Below, one piece after another: positions 19,738 through 27,300 of a stretch of DNA of 64,000 nt. Below the pieces are notes generated by a model, which was not told where the DNA came from, did no database searches, and saw nothing but the letters and a program-made list of their open reading frames with translations. Made by a program: the position numbers and the translations under genes. Positions within the stretch are counted from its first letter, which is position 1, and the number at the start of each line of letters is the position of its first letter. This stretch comes from Candidatus Undivivens industriae (lineage in GTDB: Bacteria; Omnitrophota; Gorgyraeia; Gygaellales; Profunditerraquicolaceae), in NCBI GenBank assembly GCA_012514745.1, contig JAAYZR010000009.1:10045-74044 (forward strand), given 5' to 3'.

Positions 19738-19819
19738 ATGCGAAGAACAACAAAAACCAACGTAATTTCGCCATATATTGTGCCCGGCAAGATCGCCGAG
19801 AGAGAAATGAGGAAGAAAA

Positions 19820-20653
19820 ATGAGCGAGGCCGATAGCATCAAAAGAATGAAACTCTATCGTCATCCCGAAAGAATCTATAATGACCTTCGTTCCGCAGGG
19901 CTTAAAGAGAGCGGCCTGTTAAAGGAAAGGGATGTGTCATGTTTTGATCAGTACCATTATTTCGGGACAGATGCGCTTGATGAAGCCATAGATCTGCTTA
20001 AGATAGACTCTAAAAAAAGAATCATAGAGATCGGCTCCGGGATAGGAGGCTGCGCGCGATATCTGGCGGAGAAGACCGGTTGTCATCTAACGGCTGTCGA
20101 GATCCAGCCGGACCTGGACGCAATAGCGTCTTATTTGTCCTCGCGCTGTTCCCTCTCAGGGTTTATCCGCCACGTGTGCGCGGATATCCTGGATTTTCGA
20201 AAGGAAGGAGACGGTTATGATATAGCTGTAAGCTGGCTTTCTTTTTTGCATATCCCGGATCGTCAAGCTCTTCTTAAGAAATGTTATTCGCTCCTGAAAC
20301 CCGGAGGGCAGATCTTTATTGAGGATTATTACAAGCGTAATAAATTTACGAAAGAAGAGGCCGATGTACTGCGCGAAGACGTTTATTGCCCTTACCTGCC
20401 GGCATCCGAAGAATATAAAGAACAGCTTGCCGGGAACGGTTTTACGGATATCGAGATGTCCGATAAAACAGAATGCTGGAAGAATTTTGTGAAAGAGCGT
20501 ATGCGGCAATTCGGTGAGAGCCGTGACCGGCAGGTAAAGGTGCACGGTATCGACACAGTAAATGATCTGGAGGATTTCTATAAAAAAGTATCCCGGCTCT
20601 TCGAAGGTAATAACCTTGGCGGATTAAGAATCTCAGCTAAAAAACAGCCGTAA
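19820..20653 (+). CDS. Class I SAM-dependent methyltransferase.
   Basis: IIEIGSGIGGCARYLA (motif I) and LLKPGGQIFIED (post-I/II). Confidence 0.7.
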   Translation: MSEADSIKRMKLYRHPERIYNDLRSAGLKESGLLKERDVSCFDQYHYFGTDALDEAIDLLKIDSKKRIIEIGSGIGGCARYLAEKTGCHLTAVEIQPDLDAIASYLSSRCSLSGFIRHVCADILDFRKEGDGYDIAVSWLSFLHIPDRQALLKKCYSLLKPGGQIFIEDYYKRNKFTKEEADVLREDVYCPYLPASEEYKEQLAGNGFTDIEMSDKTECWKNFVKERMRQFGESRDRQVKVHGIDTVNDLEDFYKKVSRLFEGNNLGGLRISAKKQP

Positions 20654-20742
20654 TTCCGGGGACACGTACTTATTTCACCTGTAACCTGTTTGTTTATCGC
20701 CCGGAGCCGATCGTCTGTTATGTAAGAAAAGGAGATATACGA

Positions 20743-21588
20743 ATGTTCCTTAAACGCGGTTTTACTCTAGGTTCACTGATTCTCGTTGTTATTCCGTTCT
20801 TCGTTTTCTCTCGTGTGCATGCGGAGAATACGCAAGGCATTGCTCAATCCGCCCTGGGGATAAGAGAACAACCCGAGATGAAAACGATCGGAATGATCGC
20901 AGGAGTAAGCTGGGTGTCGTCTATCGAATACTACCGTTTGATGAACGAAATAGCCGGGGCCAAGCTCGGCGGGCTTCATTCCGCAAAGATACTGATGTAT
21001 TCCGTTGAATTCGGTGATTTCTCAAAGCAGGAAAGGCTTGCAAAAGACGGGGACTGGGTTCCTTTAAGAAAAACGATGATAGACGCCGCGCAAAGACTTG
21101 AACGCGGCGGCGCGGATTTTATCATAATATGCTCCAATACGATGAACTCTACGGCAGATATCATCGAGCAGAACGTCAAAATACCGGTACTTAGTATCGT
21201 AGATGCCACCGGAGAGAAAGTGAAGTCCGCGGGAATAAAGACCGTCGCATTATTGGGCACCAGATACACTATGGAAGAGGATTTCTACGGCGGCCGCCTG
21301 GAAAAGAAATACGGGCTAAAAGTGGTGATTCCCAATAAAAGCGAGAGGGAATATATCAATAACGTTATTTTCGATGAATTATGCGCCGGTAAATTCTATA
21401 GCGAGTCAAAAAAGAGATATCTCAAGATCATTAACCGGCTCATAAAAGAAGAGGGCGTAGAGGGTGTGATATTGGGCTGCACCGAGATACCGTTGCTGAT
21501 TGAGCAGAAAGATGTCCGCGTGCCTGTTTTTGATACTACAGCCATACACTCCGAAGCGGCGGTGAATTTGGCGATAGGGGATAGATAA
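20743..21588 (+). CDS. Aspartate/glutamate racemase family protein. The start may be at 20878 (MKTIGMIAG); the upstream ~45 aa look like a signal/TM segment.
   Basis: Two catalytic Cys regions, CSNTMNS and ILGCTEIPLL, as in Asp/Glu/hydantoin racemases. Confidence 0.7.
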   Translation: MFLKRGFTLGSLILVVIPFFVFSRVHAENTQGIAQSALGIREQPEMKTIGMIAGVSWVSSIEYYRLMNEIAGAKLGGLHSAKILMYSVEFGDFSKQERLAKDGDWVPLRKTMIDAAQRLERGGADFIIICSNTMNSTADIIEQNVKIPVLSIVDATGEKVKSAGIKTVALLGTRYTMEEDFYGGRLEKKYGLKVVIPNKSEREYINNVIFDELCAGKFYSESKKRYLKIINRLIKEEGVEGVILGCTEIPLLIEQKDVRVPVFDTTAIHSEAAVNLAIGDR

Positions 21589-21658
21589 CGAGTGATGGGC
21601 GAGGCGCAGGGAAATCAGCTAAAAGGGCATGGGTTGGAGGCGATAGGGAGAACAGCCC

Positions 21659-22447
21659 GTGTTTCTACTCGATAAGGGGTTTACTATGAAACAATGGTAT
21701 GAAGCATTATTCGAGAACTACGCGCGCAAATACGATAAAGAATGTTTTGTCCAGGGGACTGTGGGTGAGTGCGATTTTATCGAGGCTGAGGCCGGACAAG
21801 ATAAATCCATAAAGATCATTGATATCGGATGTGGTACCGGTCGCCACGCCATTGAGTTGGCGAAAAGAGGATATAAAGTGAGCGGCGTCGACCTTTCCGA
21901 GTCACAGCTTGCAAGGGCGCGGGAGAAAGCCAAAGAAGCAGGGGTGGCGATCGATTTTAAGAAGCATGATGCGCGGGCCCTTCCGTTTGAGGGCGAATTC
22001 GATCTGGCCATTATGCTATGCGAAGGCGGGTTTCCTCTTATGGAAACGGATGAAATGAATTTCGCGATCCTCAAGAGCGCGGCAAGAGCTTTAAACGTCC
22101 AGGGGAAGCTCATTTTTACCACATTGAACGGATTGTTCCCGTTGTTTCATTCGGTCAGTGAATTTTATAAGTCGGCGCAGAAAGAAGGCCAGTCACAGTG
22201 CAAAGAGTGCTCCTTTGACCTGATGACCTTCCGTGATCATAACACCGTTGTTTTTGAGGACGATTCCGGCAATAAAAGGGAGTTTAAGTGCAACGAGCGT
22301 TATTACATACCCAGTGAAATAACGGGGCTTTTAAAAACGCTCGGGTTTAAGAAAATAGACATTTTCGGCGCGAAGCTCGGGGCGTATTCAAGAAACGAAA
22401 AATTGACTACCGATGATTTCGAAATGCTTGTAGTCGCGGAGAAGTAA
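21659..22447 (+). CDS. Class I SAM-dependent methyltransferase.
   Basis: IIDIGCGTGRHAIELAKRGYKVSGVDLS motif I/II. Confidence 0.7.
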   Translation: MFLLDKGFTMKQWYEALFENYARKYDKECFVQGTVGECDFIEAEAGQDKSIKIIDIGCGTGRHAIELAKRGYKVSGVDLSESQLARAREKAKEAGVAIDFKKHDARALPFEGEFDLAIMLCEGGFPLMETDEMNFAILKSAARALNVQGKLIFTTLNGLFPLFHSVSEFYKSAQKEGQSQCKECSFDLMTFRDHNTVVFEDDSGNKREFKCNERYYIPSEITGLLKTLGFKKIDIFGAKLGAYSRNEKLTTDDFEMLVVAEK

Positions 22448-22464
22448 GAATTTGATCTCTTCCC

Positions 22465-22483
22465 CCGGAAATCCCCGGGTTTT
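22465..22483 (+). terminator. Short GC hairpin plus T-run after the methyltransferase gene (weak terminator).
   Basis: CCCGG-aatcc-CCGGG followed by TTTT. Confidence 0.35.
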
Positions 22484-22493
22484 AGGCCGGGTG

Positions 22494-22609
22494 TACCTTA
22501 GCCAATCGGAGTAACACCCTGCCTTTGTGGGATAACACCTTGCCCTTATGGGGAATTGGGCAAGTGTTCCCTTGTGGGAAAGTATACATCGCTGTGTTAT
22601 ACCTTAGCC
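22494..22609. repeat. Cluster of short related repeats, including the right copy of the 33-bp inverted repeat (22564-22596).
   Basis: Three ~20-bp units (AACACCCTGCCTTTGTGGGA, AACACCTTGCCCTTATGGGG, CAAGTGTTCCCTTGTGGGAA) plus two copies of TACCTTAGCCAA at 22494-22507 and 22597-22609. Confidence 0.85.
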
Positions 22610-22627
22610 AAGTTGAATACTCATCAA

Positions 22628-22727
22628 GTTACCATACAATACTTGAAATTCTATCAATCGTATGGTAACTTTTTATTTGACATCAGTTACCATACAAGAT
22701 ATGCTATTTAGTAGTTTGTATGGTAAC
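22628..22727 (+). promoter_or_regulatory. Two palindromic operators (12-bp arms GTTACCATACAA / TTGTATGGTAAC, 18-bp spacers) with a sigma70-like promoter TTGACA-17-TATGCT embedded in the second.
   Basis: Arms at 22628-22639, 22658-22669 (one mismatch), 22686-22697 and 22716-22727. -35 at 22677-22682, -10 at 22700-22705. Confidence 0.6.
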
Positions 22728-22752
22728 TATTTAACCTTACGGAGAGTTTGAC

Positions 22753-23070
22753 ATGGGAGTGATAAAGGGAGTGCTTAAAGAAGAATTCGAGAATTCTCTG
22801 CGCATGAAGGGTGGATACGAGCGCGAATTGGCAAAATTGCCCAAAGGTAGCCTCATTAAAAAAAAGGTTAAAGGCCATGAGTATTATTATCTTCTATTGC
22901 GGCAGAAGGGAAAGGTAAAATTTATCTATAAGGGCAAGGTTTCCGAAGAAGAGATAAAGAAATATCAAGAAGCGAAAGAATACAGGGCTAAGTATCGAAA
23001 GCTATTATCTCAAGTGAAAAAACAAATCAGGTTTTTACGGAGCGCTCTTCGTGGAAAAGAATCAGTATAA
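22753..23070 (+). CDS. Small lysine-rich protein of unknown function; candidate regulator/antitoxin partner of the downstream nucleotidyltransferase.
   Basis: 105 aa, 25% K/R. AT-rich codon usage typical of the island. Its stop overlaps the next start by 20 nt. Confidence 0.5.
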   Translation: MGVIKGVLKEEFENSLRMKGGYERELAKLPKGSLIKKKVKGHEYYYLLLRQKGKVKFIYKGKVSEEEIKKYQEAKEYRAKYRKLLSQVKKQIRFLRSALRGKESV

Positions 23071-23737
23071 ATTGTGTCTTGAAGTATTGAAGAGATTAGA
23101 AGAATCCGGCATTCTCAGGGATGTCGTTCTTATAGGCAGTTGGTGTATTTCTTTTTACAAAGATTATTTTGGAAGCGTGCAGTATCCCACTGCAATCAAG
23201 ACCCGAGACGTCGACTTTTTAGTTCCGATACCATCGAAAGCGAAGAAAAAGGTAGATATTCCTAACCTGTTAAAAGATTTAGGATTTATTGTTAATTTTA
23301 AGGGATCAGAAGGATATATCCAGTTAGAACACTCAGATCTTATTATCGAGTTTTTGGTTCCTGAAAAGGGCCGCAGTTCAGATAAACCATACCAATTGCC
23401 ACAATTCGGCCTTAATGCCCAACCTCTGCGGTTTCTGGATTTGTTAATACTGGATATAATAAAGGTAAAGATAGAGGGTATTGAAATTAATCTTCCTCAT
23501 CCCGCTAATTTCGCCTTACATAAATTAATCATCTTTCAAAGGCGCACTAAAGAGGAGAAAGTAAGCAAGGACAGAAATGCTGCCGTAGAAATTCTTATGG
23601 CTTTGATAGCGAAGGGTGAGGCGGCGACCATCAAGCGTGTTTATAATACTATGATTCCGAGATGGCAGAAGAAAGTTATCAAAGGATTAGAAGAGGTAAA
23701 AGAAAAGGAGATTTTAAAAATTTTCATGGGAATATGA
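23051..23737 (+). CDS. Nucleotidyltransferase-fold protein (AbiEii/GSU2403-like minimal NTase).
   Basis: VLIGSWCISFY ... TRDVDFLV matches the hG[GS]...h[DE]hDh pattern of pol-beta-type NTases and AbiEii toxins. Confidence 0.5.
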   Translation: MEKNQYKLCLEVLKRLEESGILRDVVLIGSWCISFYKDYFGSVQYPTAIKTRDVDFLVPIPSKAKKKVDIPNLLKDLGFIVNFKGSEGYIQLEHSDLIIEFLVPEKGRSSDKPYQLPQFGLNAQPLRFLDLLILDIIKVKIEGIEINLPHPANFALHKLIIFQRRTKEEKVSKDRNAAVEILMALIAKGEAATIKRVYNTMIPRWQKKVIKGLEEVKEKEILKIFMGI

Positions 23738-23904
23738 TATATGTGAGCGGGCCGGAAGATAACGACGCGAATTAATTTTAAAGTAAGGCTGTTCAATACC
23801 GATGACAAATAAGAGCGATACACAAAAAAGAGTATTTTCACGACCTACGGCTGGCCGGTGGCAGAGTTATAGTAATGCCATGAGGAGCTTGGCTGAAGCG
23901 GTGG

Positions 23905-24711
23905 TTGGGGAATAAAAACATGATTATGAAAAGATTCATTCTGATTATTGGGTTTTTGCTTATAAGCGCAGTTTCGTTTGCTCAAGAGATCGACAAGTCT
24001 CTTTTGCAAGGGTATGACGCGGCTCTGGTGATCTATAACCGGGCTAACGGAGAGACAGTCAACATCGATTCCGCGCGTAGTGGCCAGCGCCTTGCGCCAT
24101 GCTCGACATTCAAGATTTACAATACCCTAATCGGGCTTGAGCTGGGGCTCATCAAGGAGGCTGGCGAGCCGTGGTATAAATGGGATGGGGTGAAGCGTGA
24201 TATAGAAGGGTGGAATCAGGATCTAACACTGCGTGAGGCGTTTAAAGTGTCGGCCGTGCCAGCATATCAGATCTTGGCGCGGGAAATTGGCGAAGCCCGG
24301 ATGAAGGAGTATATTGAAAAAATCGCGTATGGTTCACAGGATATCTCGGCCGGGATTGATATCTTCTGGCTTCCGCGTCCGGATACTACATCCATCAAGA
24401 TCAGCGCGTATGAGCAAGTTGTTCTTTTAAACAAGCTTTTGGACGGCCAACTTCCGTTTGCTGAAAAGAATATCGCGATCTTGCGCGATATCATGCAGGC
24501 AGAGAAGACCGACAAAGGCACGCTTTACGGCAAGACCGGCTCCGGAACAGAGCCGGATGGTAAATGGAACTTGGGCTGGTTTGTGGGTTTCTTGGAGCAT
24601 GACGGCATGACCTACGTATTTGCCTGCAATATTACCGGAGGCGAGAATCCATCGGGCAAGACTGCCAGGACGATCATAGAGAACATCTTTAAGTCGCAGA
24701 ACCTGTTGTAA
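23905..24711 (+). CDS. Class D (OXA-type) beta-lactamase with signal peptide.
   Basis: STFK active-site tetrad, SAV, YGS(Q), KTG(SG) and WFVGFLE motifs in canonical order; N-terminal hydrophobic signal sequence. Confidence 0.8.
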   Translation: MGNKNMIMKRFILIIGFLLISAVSFAQEIDKSLLQGYDAALVIYNRANGETVNIDSARSGQRLAPCSTFKIYNTLIGLELGLIKEAGEPWYKWDGVKRDIEGWNQDLTLREAFKVSAVPAYQILAREIGEARMKEYIEKIAYGSQDISAGIDIFWLPRPDTTSIKISAYEQVVLLNKLLDGQLPFAEKNIAILRDIMQAEKTDKGTLYGKTGSGTEPDGKWNLGWFVGFLEHDGMTYVFACNITGGENPSGKTARTIIENIFKSQNLL

Positions 24712-24862
24712 TAATCCGCCATCCCTATGATCGTATTGAGAAGCTCGGTCAGAGGGATTTTTTATGCGGCGATTTTTAGTATTCTGCGGGCACCCGGGAG
24801 GGTCAGAAAAAGGCTGGCCGGAAAGTCCGTGGTTTGGATTCCTTTAGCCAAAGCCACATTTT

Positions 24863-24926
24863 GATGGACATGGATGGACACGTAAATGTCCACTAAATCG
24901 AAATGTCTCATAAATAGTGGACATTT
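24863..24926 (+). promoter_or_regulatory. Operator-like region upstream of DUF6088-fic.
   Basis: Inverted repeat AAATGTCCACTA-N19-TAGTGGACATTT, plus tandem GATGGACA copies. A second inverted repeat TGTCAGAA-N14-TTCTGACA overlaps a TATATTAT -10-like element at 24990-25017. Confidence 0.45.
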
Positions 24927-25034
24927 CCGACCAGTGAACATTTTGGGGGCGAATTATGACACTGGAACTTAGAAATAGCTTTACTTTGTGTCAGAAGTGC
25001 GATATATTATTTCTGACATTAAAAAGAGATATAT

Positions 25035-25634
25035 ATGACTGAATCTATTGAGAGCAAGATTTTTCGTCGGATTATCGGCAAGAAAAAGGGATGGGTGTTT
25101 GCCCCAAGTCATTTTCTTGATCTTGGCAATCGTGCGGCTATTGATCAGGCGTTGAGCCGGTTAGTTCGATCTGGTGACATTCGCCGGTTAGCGCGTGGGC
25201 TTTATGATTATCCACGGAAGCATCCGGATTTTGGAGAAATGCCGCCAAACGTTAATCGTATAACTGCTGCGCTTGCCGAAAAAGATAATCTTAAGATTCA
25301 ACCGTCTGGAGCATATGCGGCTAACTTACTGGGGTTGTCGGATCAAGTCCCGGCAAAGATTGTTTTATTAACAGACGGCTCTACCCGGGTGGTTCAGGTT
25401 GGTAACTGGCACATTATGTTTAGGAAGACATCGCCAAAAAATATGGCGACTGCCGGGCGCGTGAGCGGCTTGGTTATTCAGGCTCTACGGTACATGAAAC
25501 AAAGAAATATCGACGATAAAGTAATTAATTCGCTTAAAAGAAGATTATCGGCCGAAGATAAAAAACAGCTTATCAACGATATCCGTTATGCCCCGGCTTG
25601 GATAGGTGAAATATTTAAACAGATCAATTCGTAG
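25035..25634 (+). CDS. DUF6088 / AbiEi-antitoxin-like N-terminal domain protein, a typical partner of Fic proteins.
   Basis: ESIESKIFRRI...GWVFAPSHFLDLGNRAAIDQALSRLVRSGDIRRLARGLYDYP matches the conserved DUF6088 core. Confidence 0.6.
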   Translation: MTESIESKIFRRIIGKKKGWVFAPSHFLDLGNRAAIDQALSRLVRSGDIRRLARGLYDYPRKHPDFGEMPPNVNRITAALAEKDNLKIQPSGAYAANLLGLSDQVPAKIVLLTDGSTRVVQVGNWHIMFRKTSPKNMATAGRVSGLVIQALRYMKQRNIDDKVINSLKRRLSAEDKKQLINDIRYAPAWIGEIFKQINS

Positions 25635-25673
25635 CAGTTTCTTGGCTTTAAAGCCAGTAAGGATGGAGGCCAT

Positions 25674-26414
25674 ATGAAAGAGATTTCGAGTAAGGTTGAT
25701 GAGGCGCAGGCAAGAATAAACGCATTGCGCCCCTTTAGCAATGAAATGAATCACCAGATAAAGGAATATTTTCGTATTGGGCTTACCTATTCAAGCAACG
25801 CGCTTGAGGGGAACTCTCTGACTATATCGGAAACAAAAGTGGTCATCGAGGATGGGCTTACCATTGCCGGAAAGCCGCTTAGAGATCATTACGAGGCCAC
25901 CGGGCACAGTGACGCGTTCGATTACATGTATGCGCTTGCTACCGGGAAGACAATAACAGAAGAAGACATCAAGAAGTTGCACGCGCTCTTTTATCACCGC
26001 ATCAAGGAAGAAGATGCCGGTGTATATCGGAAGGTGCAGGCTATTATTACGGGTTCCCAATACCCTTTGCCAACACCAGACGCGCTTCCCGGGATGATGC
26101 AGAAACTTATTAAGGATTTGCCCCGTTTGAAGAAAGATACTCATCCTGTTGTCTATGCCGCCAAGCTTCATAAAGAGTTTGTGTTTATTCATCCGTTTGT
26201 TGACGGCAATGGACGAGTCGCCAGACTTTTAATGAACGTGGCTCTTATGCAGGCAGGATATATTATTGCGATCATTCCGCCGCTCAAGCGCTCTGAATAC
26301 ATCAGCGCTCTTGAAAAAGCGCATAAAAATGATACGGATTTTATTAAGCTGATCGCGTCATGCGTCTATGAGACACAGAATGATCTCCTGCGCATGGCTA
26401 ATGGAAAGAGCTAA
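25674..26414 (+). CDS. Fic/DOC-family protein (AMPylase-type).
   Basis: Canonical Fic motif HPFVDGNGRVARLLMN. Confidence 0.85.
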   Translation: MKEISSKVDEAQARINALRPFSNEMNHQIKEYFRIGLTYSSNALEGNSLTISETKVVIEDGLTIAGKPLRDHYEATGHSDAFDYMYALATGKTITEEDIKKLHALFYHRIKEEDAGVYRKVQAIITGSQYPLPTPDALPGMMQKLIKDLPRLKKDTHPVVYAAKLHKEFVFIHPFVDGNGRVARLLMNVALMQAGYIIAIIPPLKRSEYISALEKAHKNDTDFIKLIASCVYETQNDLLRMANGKS

Positions 26415-26416
26415 TA

Positions 26417-26655
26417 TGATTCTTGTTCTCGCAGGGAATAAAGGTGAATTCAACGAATTCTTAAAAAGGCATACGCCTAAAAGCATTTTTCGTTTTGTAA
26501 CCGGTGAGGACGATTATGAAGGACAGAAGAATTGCGATTTGGTTCTTGTTGGTTCCTACGAAGATAATCCCTTGTGGAGAAAAGTTGAACTGAGAGGCAA
26601 GATGCATGACTATTGTCGAGAGCACGCGATAGATATTATTGAGAGACGAAATTAG
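26417..26655 (+). CDS. Small hypothetical protein.
   Basis: ORF directly after the fic stop with upstream GGAAAG; no recognisable domain. Confidence 0.35.
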
Positions 26656-26658
26656 GCT

Positions 26659-26793
26659 ATGACCAAAAAATGCAAGAAATGCAAAGTGCCGCTGGAAGGA
26701 TTTTTGTACCGGCTGATCGCGAAAACGCTGTTCGGCGTGCGTCCGTCGGCCAAGGATCCAGAGCTGTGTAATAAGTGCGAAGACAAGAAATAA
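26659..26793 (+). CDS. Candidate 44-aa zinc-ribbon mini-protein (CxxC...CxxC).
   Basis: MTKKCKKCKVPLEGFLYRLIAKTLFGVRPSAKDPELCNKCEDKK. Not in the ORF track (below length cut-off); GC-rich unlike its surroundings. Confidence 0.3.
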   Translation: MTKKCKKCKVPLEGFLYRLIAKTLFGVRPSAKDPELCNKCEDKK

Positions 26794-27300
26794 AAGGTTT
26801 CAGGCGGTGCCGCCAGCAGGGCATTGTGACCACCAGGAATGACTATGCAATACTTGGAATGGAATGAGTTGATTTCTAAGCAATTATTTAATCAAACCGC
26901 AGAAATCCCCGGCTTTCAAGCCGGGATAAATGCGGAGTAGATTACCCCAGACTTCAAGCCCGGGGAGTTTCATTAACTGATAAGCTAATATGAAAGGGAG
27001 TGTCTATGGACGATTTTAAAAAGGCTTTGATTTATTATAAAATCCCGAGACGTTGAAATTTTTATAACACTATGATTAGTAAAGAGATATCAAAAAAGAA
27101 GATTTTTTTGCGCACCTACGGCTGCAAGATGGACAAGTTGTTACAAACCGATTTTACAATTCTTGGCAGCAGTGCATAATAAGAATTAATCCATTGATTT
27201 GTATAGAGTTACGGAAAGAGTCGTAAGAAAACCGAACGTAAGTGAAAAACGAGGTAGTGTGCAGAGACAGCGATTTGTACATAGTTAAGGAGGTTGAGGT

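Noticed and set aside
26800-27000. Possible tRNA or att site in the hairpin-rich region (CCCCGGCTTTCAAGCCGGG / CCCCAGACTTCAAGCCCGGGG)
   Set aside because: No cloverleaf-compatible arrangement and no T-loop GTTCRANYC consensus. The two hairpins are imperfect inverted copies of each other, probably terminators or recombination remnants.
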